Source: Octopus vulgaris
Taxonomy: Eukaryota
Length of the DNA: 64,000 nucleotides
Assembly: GCA_951406725.2 (NCBI GenBank)
Contig: OX597822.1
Location: 75,950,001-76,014,000 of the forward strand
Reading direction: 5' to 3'
Shown: positions 27,040 to 41,515 of the stretch, in pieces
How positions within the stretch are numbered: position 1 is the first letter of the stretch
Layout of the letters: each line of letters begins with the position of its first letter
Notes under the pieces: model-generated
What the model was told of the DNA's origin: nothing
Seen by the model: the letters and a program-made list of their open reading frames with translations, nothing else
Databases searched by the model: none
Translations under genes and position numbers: made by a program

Positions 27040-28461
27040 GAATGTATTTATTTATATACATAAATGTGTACGTACATATATTAATGGACAGGCTAATGTG
27101 TATGAGTGTGTGTTACGGCCTGCTACATTGAACAAATTCCAATGAAATCTTTCATAAAAGTCGCAATACGTTTATCAAATATTTACACAGCTTCGAAACG
27201 TATTTGCCAGTAACGCACCATATTCGAGAAATTTCTCTACACATTACGGTTCAAATAGCATTCTTAGATTTACATATTTTATGGATTAGTAAATATATAT
27301 AATATCAGTGATATAATTTAATTATCAGAGGTCCTCGAATTGTTGTTTTACAGTAATTTAACCAAAAAGCTTTGAGGCGAAGAATTCATTACGTAACTAG
27401 TTCGCTGTCTTTTTCGCATAGCTGATATTGTTGTTTGTTAACCATGTTAGTCTAGTTGATTTTGTTGTTGTTGTTGTTGATGTTAATGGTGATGATAACG
27501 ATAATTCTCATATTGTTGCTAATAATTTTATTATGTTTCTTCATCTTATTTCATTAACTTTCTATAAGCAGTGATTTGCTTATGTGTTTATTTTTTTATT
27601 TTATTTTATTTTTATTTTTTTGTTTGTTTTTTTTTTGTGTTTTCTTGATTTTATTGTATCCATGCATCGTTATATTTCAGAGATGATAAACCAGTAAATG
27701 TCAAAGCAATGTTCTACTTAAATTATTTTAATGACAATCATTAAATTTGTCGGTTCAGAATTAAACCCGTAATGACCAAATAAATAAACACACTTTCACA
27801 CACACACGCACACAAACACACACACATGTACAGACGTGCGTACATGTATGCATATATACACACAACACATACACATATATGTGTGTGTGTGTGAATGTGT
27901 GTTTGAGCATATAAATTCTCTTTTCTTCTCTCTATATATACGTACATATATATTGATATATATACATGTGTCTGTGTGTGTGTAGGCGTGTGTATGTATG
28001 CATGTAAGTCTGTATCGTAAATGGATCTCCGTCCGTTTTGATGGTGACTTTTCTCTGAATTCTACTGTAAATGGTGGATTTTACTACAGACTCTTACACC
28101 CAAACCCTAACTCGCCGAAGAAATCGGTGCGACTCAACATGTGGCAAAGGAAGCCGTTTGCTTTGCAAGTACAGATTGTGTGATAGGATTTTCCATTCTC
28201 ACATTATCCATCTTCGCTCTGAGTCTTTGAAGTAACCTGAGGATACAAGACACTGGCCGAACAATTCATATTGTCGGATCAATCTCGGATCTTTATGATT
28301 GTAAATCTAACTTTTTAGTCTGTCGTACATGAGTAATCAGCACGTACGCACAAAATCTCATACACACATACATGCATAACCTCTCTCTCAAACACATACG
28401 CACACACACACTTATACACATACACACGTACGCACGTATATGTATACATACCTTTATATAT

Positions 28462-28830
28462 AAATGGGCTGGTCCTGTTGTCAGGATGGACGGTGTTAGT
28501 TTATCCGTGAGATTCTGAAAGGAGAGTGTTCACATAAAACGGCACCAAGTAATAAGCCAAAGAAAAGATTCAACGATGTGATTAAGGATAATCTGTTGTT
28601 TCTGGATATGGATATTAGAAGTTGGGAATATTTAACAAATAGAAGGATAAGCAAGTGTAGTATAACTAGGGAAGATTGCGAGAAATTGTGGGCAAATTGT
28701 ACAGAACATGAAGAGCTAAAGGGTTCCTGCAAAAAGGGAGAAAACAGAATTTTGAGATTTGAATCCAGAATTTAGATGTTATGTGTGCAACAGAGTGCCG
28801 CTTTCTAGAGCTGGTCTCATTGATAACCAA
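28462..28830 (+). mobile_element. RTE (BovB-like) LINE C-terminal relic
   Basis: WAGPVVRMD...GE...KPKKRFNDVIKDNL...W...FRCYVCNRV..SRAGL. Confidence 0.75.
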
Positions 28831-29046
28831 ACCTCCTAAGTAATAAGGGTGACACAGGATGACGATGATGACCAGTGGCCGCAGAGGACTGATAACTATG
28901 TTTTCCATGTCTATGAAAAATTTGTCGTTCTCAACGTTGTCTGGCCAGAGTTTGTAACTTTCATGGACATATTCATAGCTGCAATATCCTCTTCTAACAT
29001 TCAGATTTATTTTCACGGTAAGGCTTACGTATCGTTCCTGAAAAAA

Positions 29047-29125
29047 TACCGTCTTTGATGGCATGTAAGACGCATGTTTTTACAAAAACGTCTCAAAACA
29101 TCACTCCGGGTCCTATATGCGAATT
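29047..29125 (+). mobile_element. Tc1/pogo-type terminal repeat remnant
   Basis: TACCGTCTTT...TAAGACGCA...GTCCTATATGCG resembles pogo/Tc2-type TIRs. Confidence 0.35.
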
Positions 29126-29249
29126 TGAACATTTCATAAACTGTACTGCTCTATAAACTTTTTATTGCCCCTAATATTCCCGTGCGTATTTTGAGCCATC
29201 AAATAGGATATAATACCAGTTTTAAGATTAATATAAAGGATTTGGTTAA

Positions 29250-29460
29250 AGTGGCGAGATGACAGAATCGTTTGCACAGCGAGCAAAATGCTTAGCAGTA
29301 TTTCGTCTGTCTTTACGTTCTGAGTTCAAATTCTGCCGAGGTCGACTTTGCCTTTCATTCTTTCGGAATCGATAAAATAAATTGTTGCCGAGGGCTGGGG
29401 TCGATGTAATCGACTTACCCTTCCCTGAAAGCGCTTCCTTTGTGCCAAAATTTGAAACAA
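29250..29460 (+). mobile_element. SINE family B
   Basis: Core GAGTTCAAATTCTGCCGAGGTCGACTTTGCCTTTCAT. Confidence 0.85.
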
Positions 29461-29689
29461 ATAATAATGATCTGATGAAAAGATATGTTATTGGTGATTT
29501 AAGCTAGAAAGTACAACTGCGACTCTTATAGAGGTTGGGTTTGTTCCCCTGTGTCACCAGTCTAGTGTCTTTTCTGTATATCATTGAAGATAAGCAACGG
29601 CTATGTAGATGTTGCTATCCGGATATATTTGAAAATCAGAAAAAGATAACAACAAAGGCTTGATTAAATCACAAAAACAAGATTATACC

Positions 29690-29925
29690 ACAGCAAGATC
29701 AAACTACAGCATCCGAAACAAGCTACCGCGCCAAGATGAAGCGATAACAGAACAAAGTTACTTCAAGATCAAGCCACAACAACATTAAGCCATAGCAGTA
29801 AGATCAAGCAATATCATGGTCAAGACCGATCAAGACCAAACCACAAGATCACCATTAGGACACAAGGTGAGTCCACAAGATCAAGCCACGACATTAAGAT
29901 CAAGCCGCAGCATCAAGACCACGGT
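29690..29925 (+). repeat. degenerate minisatellite (CAAGATCAAGCC-based)
   Basis: Recurrent AAGATCAAGC/CAAGACC units. Confidence 0.6.
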
Positions 29926-30779
29926 ACAACGACTTCAGTGGGAAGCCACAACAACAAACACAAATTGCTCTTCTCAAAGCAGCACCTGTCGATGTCCGGG
30001 AAATAGCGAGGCGGATCACCTTGCCTTTATTCCTAGGAACAGACAAAAAACTTTCTCCTTTCCTCGGCCACGTCAGAAGCGTAACATCATTTCCATTGTC
30101 TTTATAATGGTCAAGATATGAACAATAAAAAAGGGGTAACAGATTATCAGGCAATGAAAAGAAATGAAAACTACCTTCAAATAAAAAAGGGTAGGTGGGT
30201 CCGAAAAAAAGACGATTACAATGTACGCGGTGCACTTCACCCATAACAAAACAGCATGTGGTTCACGGTGGTATAAGTTAGGTCCTCGTAGAATTGAAGT
30301 TGTATTATGCGGTGCGCTAACTGTAGAGACAGAAAGAGTCATTGGTGACAGAATATTACTGAAAATCATGGTAACAGCCTATCACTTACTCGAGATAAAA
30401 ATCAAAAAAATAGGATATTTATCAGTGCAAAGGGCGCTTTGGGTTTAATAGGTCGCCAGTTGAGGATTAATGAACGAGCAGAATCGTGTTGTGTTCTAAA
30501 AATACCGCCGTGGTGTTTGAGTATTTTGTTTTCTATTGGTTTCTTGCATTTTATTGATTATAATGTGTTTAATTACGTCGTTTATATATTTTCTTTTAAT
30601 CATAATCTGTAATTAAAAATAAATTGAAATGCTTTAATATATAGTACGATGTCGTTGCCACTCCGTTTATTGTTATATAGGCTTGTCTGTATATGCATAT
30701 GTTTTTGCAACGACTCTCTAATACGTAGGTTGTACATCTGATCGAGTTCTAGTGACAGTAAAAGACATCATCAACAGCA

Positions 30780-30865
<86 letters not shown>

Positions 30866-31070
30866 GATGTTGTTTCTGCTATTCACGTAACCAGTTGAAT
30901 TATGCTTCGCACGGAACCTCAAGCTGTCTGTCCAAGATGAGAAACATATCTGCCCGCTCTCGTATTAACTTTAAATTTTCTAAATTCTTTAAATTGTTTC
31001 AGCTTTAAAGCTGCGGTCATACTGTAGCGTCTTTAATCGCCATCGATGACTTTCCTGATAAACCTTTAAA

Positions 31071-31301
31071 CCCATTAAGTACCACTGTCCTATAAATAGG
31101 ACACTAAATGCAAACATTAAATAAGCTATATCACATTGACTCATTGTCCTATTTATAGGACATCGAATATTTCCATTTCTACTTGAAGTAAGGGAGTTTA
31201 CATAATAATTAATAATTTTTTTTCATTTTAACCTATTTTCAATCATCTGTAAAAATATTAAAGTAATATTTAGCAATTTAAGTACTCTGGGACTTAATGG
31301 G
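31071..31301. mobile_element. piggyBac-like MITE
   Basis: TIRs CCCATTAAGTACCA / TGGGACTTAATGGG with TTAA flanks (left has one extra A); internal TGTCCTAT..ATAGGACA palindrome twice. Confidence 0.8.
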
Positions 31302-31651
31302 TTAAAATCAAAGTAAAGATTTGTGACACTACATCGACATCTAGATGAAAATTAAACTTTCTAAGTTTTACCCTCAATGCTAATAGGCAGGATCACGATT
31401 CTATTGACATCTTTATACCGATTCAAGTGTGAACTTCAGAAAATCACATTTCAAATCCGTAAAATAATCTTCCACTTCTACGATTTCATTTTTCTTCACT
31501 CTCTAGCTGGCTATACGGCACGATCTGTGTCCTTATATTTTCAAACAAGGGTATCAAGCGCCCCCACTCAGCTTAAAACAATAGCTATGTATCGCTATTT
31601 CTGGGTTATTTCCCTTCATCAGCACAGAATAATTGTTCGGCTAGAGATTAC

Positions 31652-31734
31652 CCTATTTTATTTTTAAGTAGCTAACGCTTGTCCTATTTTATTTTTAAGT
31701 AGCTAACACCTGTCCTATTTTATTTTTAAGTAGC
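31652..31734 (+). repeat. 31-bp tandem repeat, about 2.7 copies
   Basis: CCTATTTTATTTTTAAGTAGCT occurs three times. Confidence 0.9.
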
Positions 31735-32459
31735 TCTGAGATGGTATAACTGACCGGATTGTTTGTGAATTCGCCTCCAACTGAATGCAAAATGTTTCTC
31801 CAAGGAGCAAGACTCACAAAATCTTGTCAAAAACATATCGTAACGTTTTAGAGAAAAAAATATGCGGTAGATTAGTCCACTGTTCAAGGAACTAATTCAC
31901 ATCATTAAACTTAACACAAGATTGCACAACTCTTGTGAACTCTTGTAGTTTACAGAAAAAATGTATATTTTACATCACTGATAAAACAAATAACTTAAAA
32001 GGCACACGTCTTTGGAGTTGAATGAAAACTTGATCATGATAATTGCATTACGTTCGGTACTGATCTTTTCAGAAGTCTCTTTCAAGTCTACTAATTTGTC
32101 ATTACAACGACAGGAAGACTTTTTGATTTTCTTCTTGTTTTCATTAATAGGGAAATAAAAAGTTGTATGATTTTGGCAAAGTTTCTTGTTTGAGATTATG
32201 TTTTGGTGAAGGTGAAACTACTGCAGCGAGTTAGTATCGTGATGTTCATTAAAACAGACACGCATTATATACGATTAAGAATCAAAATATTTTGTTAATA
32301 TCTCTAAACTAGTGTTTCTCAACCGGAGTCCATATGGCTCTTAGGCGTCCATATAAGATTTAGTAGCTAACAATTATACGCATTGAATCTTTTATACTTC
32401 TACGATACACAAAGTTTTTTAACAATTTTTTTGTACAAATCCTAATAATATTAAAAACA

Positions 32460-32865
32460 GGTGCAGGAGTGGCTGTGTGGTAAGTAGCTTGCTTACGAAC
32501 CACATGGTTCCGGGTTCAGTCCCACTGCGTGGCACCTTGGGCAAATGTCTTTTACTATAGCCTCGGGCCGACCAAAGCCTTGTAAGTAGATTTGGTAAAC
32601 GGAAACCAAAAGAAACTCGTCGTATAAATATATATATATATATGTGTGTGTATGTGTGTGTGTTTATGTGTGTTTGTCCCCCCAACATCGCTTGACAACT
32701 GATGCTGGTGTGTTTACGTCCCCGTCACTTAGCGGTTCTACAAGAGAGACCGATAGAATAAGTACTAGGCTTACAAAGAATAAGTCCTGGGGGTCGATTT
32801 GCTCGACTAAAGGCGATGCTCCAGCATGGCTGCAGTCAAATGACTGAAATAAATAAAAGAATAAA
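32460..32865 (+). mobile_element. SINE family A, full length (possibly inside a hAT MITE starting at 32311)
   Basis: Complete head and tail; upstream TAGTGTTTCTCAACCGG resembles a hAT-Charlie TIR. Confidence 0.9.
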
Positions 32866-33034
32866 TGTACAGAATTCCTCATCTCAGAAGTATAGAACCA
32901 TTGTTTGTTTTATTGAAGAATGATCTCAAGCTTAGCGTTGAAAGTCTTCACGGAAGAAGAGCACTCGTGCGAACGGAACAGTTGAACTGCGAATCACATG
33001 ATAACGGAACACTTGTCAATTTACGAGATTACTA

Positions 33035-33445
33035 AGGCGGTCAAATGGTAGTATCGTTAGCACGCCGTACAATATTCTTAGCGGTATTTCGTCTGTCTTA
33101 ATGCGTTGAGTTCAAACTAGGCCGAGGCCGACTATGTATTTCACCTTTTCGGGATCGATAAAAGAATTACGATGTAATCGATTTAAGCCTTCGTTGAAAT
33201 TGCTGGCCTTGTGCCAAAATTTGAAACCAATTCTACTGGAATATTAAAGCTCTGACCTGCCAGTACCGTTAACACGTTCAACAAAATGCTTAGTAGCATT
33301 GCATCCGGTTTTACGTTCTGAGTTCAAATTCTTCCGAAGTTGACCCTGCATGCGATACCTTCAGGGCCGATAAAATAAATACTAATTACGTAATCGATTG
33401 GCTTCCTCCACCAATGTTTCGAGTCTGGTGCCTGAAGTAGAAAGA
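33035..33445 (+). mobile_element. two degenerate SINE B copies
   Basis: Two GAGTTCAAA...GATAAAA cores. Confidence 0.7.
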
Positions 33446-33765
33446 AAAAGAAAATTACCGCAATACTGATGTTTATGGCTTTAAAGTGTACTGCACTATG
33501 GTACCTATTTCCATTTTGATGGTTCAGATTGTTAATTCAGATATAGCTGTGCGGAAACTTTGAAAACGTGTTTTAGAATTTTCCCCAAAAAAAAGACAAT
33601 CTCCGTCCTGTTAATGACACATGCTTTTTCAGACGCAAATTTGTCCTCTACTGAAACTAAGTTGACAAAAGCGTCACATAACATTGAAAAAAAAAGAACC
33701 CCAAAAGGTCTCATATATGTGTGTGTATGTATGTGAGTGTATGTGCGTTTGTGTGTGTGTATAGG

Positions 33766-33882
<117 letters not shown>

Positions 33883-34112
33883 GTATATATATATATATAC
33901 GTGTATATATATATGCATTTATATTATATATATGTATATATATATATATATATATACGTATATATATATATATGTATATATATATACGTGTATATATATA
34001 TGCATTTATATTATATATATGTATATATATGTAAATATATCTATACGTGTATATACATATATATATATATATATGTATATACATGTTCATATATATGTAA
34101 ATATATATCTAT

Positions 34113-34164
<52 letters not shown>

Positions 34165-34669
34165 GATACTTGGAAAGCCAATTGGTACTTAAACGCATCT
34201 CGTGAGATATCTGAAGATACAAATCTAGAATTAATGACCCGAAGCAAAGAGGTAACAGTTAAAATATAGTTGTAATTTTGCTCCAGAGCATCATAGAATA
34301 GGTTTTAAAAATAATAAAAAAAAAACAAAGACAAAAAAAAACTAAGTAAGAAAAATAAAGATAGGAAACAAATATGCAAATGGAGTGATTGGGTTTAGCT
34401 TTGAGGGACACGGGGTTTGCAAGAGAGAATCGATTTGCTTAGTGAAAAGCTAGAAAGAAACCCCTCTCTGTTTTTATTACGTAAACACTAATGGGAAAAT
34501 TGAATTCAATACCACAAAATCGATTCAATCCTTTTGGAATTAAGAGAGTTTCTGGTTTTTATAGGCGGTGACGTCACACCCAACTTTTACAATCATCTGA
34601 TCGCTAGAACTGGGCAACCAACTGGAAGAGTGCTTGGATTAAATTATTTACAGCCGAAGGCAATGACCA

Positions 34670-35683
34670 TTTGATGATGGTGATGCTGATGATGGGGTGG
34701 TGGCGGTGGTGGTGGATGGGGAGGGGATATCGTGATCATCATCATCACCATCATCAAGGAAATCATGGTCGTCATCATTACCTCCCACCACCATCACCAC
34801 CACTATCATCATAATCATCATCGTTTTCATCTTCATCAAAAATATCATCATAATCATCATCATAACCATCATCATGATAATCATTATCATCATCATCACG
34901 ACTACGAGCACCACCAACACCAACACCATCATATCACCACCACCATCGCCACCATCAGCATTACCATCAGCATCACCATCATCATCATCATTAGAAGCAT
35001 TTTCATTAGTATAACTATTATTTTTATTACAATCATCATCATCCTCATCATTGGGAACAATAACTACTACTACTATTTTTGCTGTTGTCATCATCGCGGT
35101 CGTCATCATCATCATCATGATTATCATCATCTTAATCGTCGTCATCATCATCATCATAATCATCATTATCACAACCATCGTCATCGTCACTGTCATCATC
35201 ATCATCATCATCATCATCATCAACACAATCATCATCATCATCGTCATCGTCGTCATCGCCATCATCATCGTCGTCATCATTATCATCCTCATCAACACCA
35301 TCATCATCATCATTATCATCATCATCATCATCAATACAATCATCATCATCGTTGTCATCGTCATCATCAACGTCGTCATCATCATCATCTACATCAACAC
35401 CATCAACACCATCATCATCATCATCATCACCATCGTTGTCATCATCATCATCGTTATCATCAAGGCCACCACCATCATCATCATCATCATCATTATCATC
35501 ATCATCGCCATCGTCGTCATCATCATCATCAACACAATCATTATCATTATCATCATCGCCATTGTTGTCATCATCGTCGTCATCGACGTCATCTTCATAG
35601 TCATCATCATCAGCATCATCATCATCGCCATCGTCGTCGTCATTAATGTCATCGTAGTAATCACCACCATCATCATCATCATC

Positions 35684-35714
<31 letters not shown>

Positions 35715-35730
35715 TCATCATCATCATTAT
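34670..35730. repeat. ~1-kb degenerate (CAT)n microsatellite
   Basis: Seen directly; gives the poly-H/I/S/D/M ORFs. Confidence 0.95.
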
Positions 35731-36210
35731 GCATCGTTGGCTGTACATACACTAACTTTGGTTGTCTGAAATACATAGAAAATAGAAACAAATATGGGAA
35801 GCAACTGTCAACATCGAACTGTGTGTGTGATCGGAAACGGTTAATCAGGTTTTCTTTATTGGTTTTATTGTGTTTTGTGTTTTTGGTTTTTGTGGAATTG
35901 GCTGCAGCGGAGGTGTGGGTGTGTTTGGGGAAAGAGGCTGGCGGTGGCGACACAGGTTACGTTTGTGTTAGTTTTTCCGAGCGTTTCTTGTAGCGATGAC
36001 GATAATGATGATGATGATGATAATGATGGTGAAGCCGATGTCCATGATGACGGCAAAATTAGTAGTAATAGTAGTAGTAATAACAGCAGCAGCAGCAGCA
36101 GTAATAGTAGTAGTTTCATTAAGAGATGGAATTTGCAATACGTTTGCCTCAGTTAATTAGAGGCTCACTACTCCTGTCTTTCAAACGTTTTCCTTTTCAC
36201 TCATACACTC

Positions 36211-36312
<102 letters not shown>

Positions 36313-36339
36313 GTCGGCCTATTTGTCTTTCTGTCTGTA

Positions 36340-36380
<41 letters not shown>

Positions 36381-36482
36381 GTCTGTCTGTCTGTATGTAT
36401 GTATGTATGTATGTCTGTCTGTCTGTCACTCTCTCTCTCTCTCTGTCAATCCATCCATTCATCTATCTATCTATCTATGTAA

Positions 36483-36551
<69 letters not shown>

Positions 36552-36764
36552 AGTCTATCTAACAATCTGTCTGTTTGCCCGTTCATCATTCTGTCTTTCT
36601 GTTTATATTTCTGTCTATCGCTTTCTGTTTTTTTCATTTATTTATTTATCCAGTTATCTGTCCACCAGCCGTCTATCGAAACAGGTCTCTATATACCGGC
36701 TACTTTGTCCATCCATGAAACTGACAGAAGTCCGTCGTACACACACACACACACACACACACAT

Positions 36765-36807
<43 letters not shown>

Positions 36808-36809
<2 letters not shown>

Positions 36810-36946
36810 GACGGACTTCTGTCAGTTTCCGTCTAGCGAATCCACTCACTCATAAGGATTTGGTCGGCCCAAGGCTATCAGTGGGACAGAACCCGGAACC
36901 ATGTGGTTGAAAAGCAAGCTTCTTACTATATAACCACTCTTCACAA

Positions 36947-37025
<79 letters not shown>

Positions 37026-37073
37026 TATATATATGTGTGTATATATATATATATATGTATGTATATATATATA

Positions 37074-37105
<32 letters not shown>

Positions 37106-37285
37106 AATATATATATATTTATATATATGTATATATATATAGAAGTTTTCATCTTCCAAATCCACTCACAAGGCTTTGGTTGAGCCGAGGCTATACGAGA
37201 AGACACTTGTCCAAGGTGCCAAGCAGTGGATCTGAACCAAGAACAATGTGGTTGTGAAGCAAAATGTCTCGCTACACAGCCACGC
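36808..37285 (-). mobile_element. two SINE A 5' fragments separated by microsatellite
   Basis: Heads at 36808-36935 and 37143-37285. Confidence 0.75.
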
Positions 37286-37604
37286 CGAGGAAAGAGCAAT
37301 TATATGTAAAAGATGATGTCAGGCCCTCCTTGGAGGATGTCAGACAGCCACCATATATGAATACATATATATCCAGATTTATTCCATTCTCTGTCTTTCT
37401 GTTGCTACATATTTTCCCTCAATATGACCCGATCCATCGTTAATGATAGCTTAGTTAACCGCATAAGCATAAATCGAGCGATTTCCTGTCTTCGGCATTG
37501 TATTTCCTCCTCCTTCTCTCCCGCTTCCTCACTCTTTCGTACAAGTATGTGTATGTGTGTGCGTGTGCGTGTATCTGTGTGAGTGTGTGCGTGTGCGTAT
37601 ATCT

Positions 37605-37635
<31 letters not shown>

Positions 37636-37790
37636 CGTGTACGATTATATAATGTTTACTGACAGAAAGTTAGAACATAACTCTATTGAAGTTTCGTCGG
37701 CGAAAATTTCTGTCTATATTTAGTAGATCTATAGTCGTATTGAAACCTGTATTCACTCATTTGTTTAAAAACACATACATAAATACATAC

Positions 37791-37839
<49 letters not shown>

Positions 37840-37840
37840 C

Positions 37841-37899
<59 letters not shown>

Positions 37900-38094
37900 C
37901 TATACACACACACACACGCACATATATGCGTGTGTATATGTATGCATGCATGCATGTATACATATATGTATGTATGAATATATATGCATATATACTTACG
38001 TTTTATTATTTCTATATTTCATTTTCCATCTATCATAGCGTCTCACTACTTTACATATACATATACTGTCTTACATATACATACATGCGTACAT

Positions 38095-38127
<33 letters not shown>

Positions 38128-38168
38128 GTATATATATACACGTATGTATATGTTTCTCTATCTATCTG

Positions 38169-38202
<34 letters not shown>

Positions 38203-38208
38203 CCCGTA

Positions 38209-38285
<77 letters not shown>

Positions 38286-39613
38286 TCTTCTCCTCTTTAT
38301 AATTTCTATCTTCTGTTCACGAATGACCGACCTATTCACTCAATCAATACAAAATCTATTTCTTTCTCTCCATTTCTAATCTCTTTCAATTTTTCTTCCT
38401 CTGCCACACGTTCTCCTCTGCTCTTCCTTTCCTCTTTCAATCGTCCATTATCCCTCTCTCCTCCCCAACCACTTTGCCCCGATTTCTCTCTGTCCTCCTC
38501 TTCCTACCTCTCTCTCTCCCCCTTCTCTCTTTCACTGCCTTATAAACTCTTCGTTTCTCCCTCTATTATTGTTTGTCATTTAGTCTCTATTCTTTTTCCT
38601 CTCTTTTTGCAACAGTTACATCAGCGTCTCTCTTTCTTCTTTCATTTTATCTTTCTTTTTCGGCATTTCTCAATATGTCGTTCGTTAAACTTCACGTACA
38701 TCTACTCATTTGCTAGCAGTTTCTTCTTTCCTCCACCTCTCCCTCTTACTTTCCCCCCTCTCTCTCTCTTCCTTTCTTTCTTTTCTCTCTATCTCCCACT
38801 CTCTCTGTTATTCATCCATTCAAGTGTTATATAATCAAGCGCAACTTTTGTATTCGTTCTCTCTCAACCTCTCTTCTTGCTTTCCAACCCAAACAATTTT
38901 CATTTCTTCTACTTCTCACGCCCGCCCTTAATCTCATCACCACCTCCATTTCCTTGTAGAGCACTATCATTAGATCATTAATCTTCGTGTCAATTAGCTA
39001 TTTATTAATAACACATGTGAGTGCTTGTTAGGGACATTGTCCGTAAACCTACAATTATTAAACACCATGATTCTCCCGCCAGCAGCAATGGCGCAGCCAC
39101 AGCAATATGACAAAAACAGTCCGACCTGATAACCCTCAATTATATTTGTATGTATGTTCCCTCTTTCTATTAATTTTTAGTTTATATTTCATTGGCCACC
39201 TTCCTCGTGGCAAGGATGTAAAGGAAAGGAAATTGCCATCGTTTCTTATGTAACTATTCATCCTTTGAATCGTAAGAACGTTTTACAAACATTGTAAGTT
39301 CCAAATATGGCGGCCATTTCTAGTTTATGAATTTAGGAGTTCTATTTTCTTTCTCCAAAATTCTCTGTTCAATTACACCTTAGTTCAAGCGGGTTGATAT
39401 ATAACTTGTTGCTCTTATAATAACGTGTATGAAACTGAACGTGTATCTTCGATACTATGTCTGCAAATTTCTCTAATGAGAAGTTTGCAGACCATTGATA
39501 ATGTCTGTAGACATCCTCCTTCTCTTAATATTTCTTATCTCATTGATATCAAGTGGAGAGCTGATTTGTACGAAAGAGCATGCTTTTAATCCTTGGTCCA
39601 TGACAACAATATA

Positions 39614-40222
39614 AGGCGGCGAGCTGGCAGAAACGTTAGCACGCTGAGCGAAATGCGTAGCCGTATTTCGTCTGCCGTTACGTTCTGAGTTCAAATTCCG
39701 CCGAGGTCGACTTTGCCTTTCATCCTTTCGGGGTCGATAAATTAAGTACCAGTTACGCACTGGGGTCGATGTAATCGACTTAATCCATTTGTCTGTCCTT
39801 GTTTGTCCCTTTTGTGTAGTAAAGAAATGGGTATTCCGTCTGTCTTTATGTTCTGAGTTCAAACTCCGCCGAGGTCGACTTTGCCTTTCATCCTTTCGCG
39901 GTCGATAAATTAAGTACCAGTTGAGTACTGGGGTCGATCTCATCTACTGGCCCCCTCCCCAAAAATTTCGGGCCTTGTGTAGAAAAGAATATATATCTCT
40001 TTAAAATTCGGTGAACTAGCAGAATCGTTAGCACGCCGGGCGAAATGTTTAGCGGTATTTCGTCTGTCTTTATGCTTTGAGTTCAAATTCCGCCGAGGTC
40101 GACTTTGCCTTTCATCCTTTAGGGGTCGATAAATTAATTACCAGTTGTGTACTGGGGTTGATCTAATCGACTAGCCTCCCTCCCCCAAAATTTCGGTCTT
40201 TGTGCCTATCGTAGAAAAGAAT
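39614..40222 (+). mobile_element. SINE family B dimer plus an adjacent monomer
   Basis: Head GGCGGCGAGCTGGCAGAAACGTTAGC; core repeated at ~39685, ~39852 and ~40078. Confidence 0.9.
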
Positions 40223-41196
40223 ATAAAGCCGGTGTTGTTTTAATTTGGTGGTAGATTTATTGTTAGGTTTCAGTATTATTTTGAGCCACCTGTCTCAACA
40301 TATTCTTCCCAATTTGTATGTATGTATGTATGTATGTATGTGTTTGTGAGTATGTCTTTTTTTAATTCAAATTCTTCCTACGCAGGAATTTGGATATCAT
40401 CAACAGTAAGTATTAAATGTTGAACTTCAGAAATGTCTTGCACCTTTCAATGCTCCACTTATTGACTATATTTGTAAAGTAAATGTTAGCCGGTCTCTTT
40501 CTTTTATATGAAAATCCCTGATTGCTGATATCAACATCTAAACATTTGCTAATAATGTCAAGGGCACCAATAATGCGGAATTATATTCCGAGAAGAGAAT
40601 CTATAGGTTTCGAAGCAGTCGGCTATAAATATTCTGCTTCTCGCTGAATGTGAAAGAAATATATTCATATCTGTAGAGCAGCTGACCTCTGTATTCCTTC
40701 ATGATTTTTCTTGTCTGTCACAAACTGCAATATAAGTTTTTTTTATATTTCCGATAGGTGAGAATTTTGACGTGAATGTTCCACAAATATTTCTGTTGTT
40801 TATTAAAAAAAAAGGTATTATTAATATTTGCCTTCCGACTGATAAAACTGCATATTGTTTAAGAACAATGAGAGCGAGAATTTCAATGACATTTTCGAGT
40901 AACAGCTACTGTTACGTGAATATCTTCTGAAGTCATATAGCATAATAGACATTTTTCTGAAGCATCATTAGGGTTTAAGTTTTCACTGTTTTTCTTGCTT
41001 GTTAGATATTTCGAATTTACCTCCTGCTCTTGGATTGCAAAAGTGATGTAATGCAACGTTCACTAGCACGGGAGACTCCATACTTTAACTCAATGCAAAC
41101 AAGGAAAATATGCCAAACATTCATATCGATACACTGATAAATTTCATTCCTTGAAAAACGCTACTAATTCAAGTCTGGTAAACAAACTACCGTATT

Positions 41197-41372
41197 TATT
41201 CTTTTCTACTCAAGGTAAAAGGCCCGAAATTTTGGGGAAGGGGGCCAGTCGATTAGATCGACACCAATACGCAACTGGTACTTTATTTATCAACACTGAA
41301 AAGATGAAAGGCAAAGTCAACCTCAGCGGAATTTGAACTCAGAACGTAACGGCAGACGAAATACCGCTAAGC
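41197..41372 (-). mobile_element. SINE family B
   Basis: Reverse complement of 40050-40222. Confidence 0.85.
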
Positions 41373-41515
41373 CAACTGCCTTAAACTACTGTATTTATTC
41401 GTGTATAGTTCGTGCTTCTAATTTAACATTAAATCTTAGCAAATTTTTTCTATTCATAGCTTTATCATTGCCCCTTGGATAAGTCGCACCTACAATGTTT
41501 TTTTTAAATTTTAAA

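Noticed and set aside
35132-35953. Poly-Asp ORF resembling acidic mollusc matrix proteins, plus overlapping poly-His/Ile/Met ORFs
   Set aside because: A (CAT/GAT)n microsatellite is open in most frames by construction; there is no signal peptide or unique domain.
40600-40650. Minus-strand GAAGCAG/CTGCTTC stem followed by GAAA
   Set aside because: No CUGANGA core and no convincing stem I.
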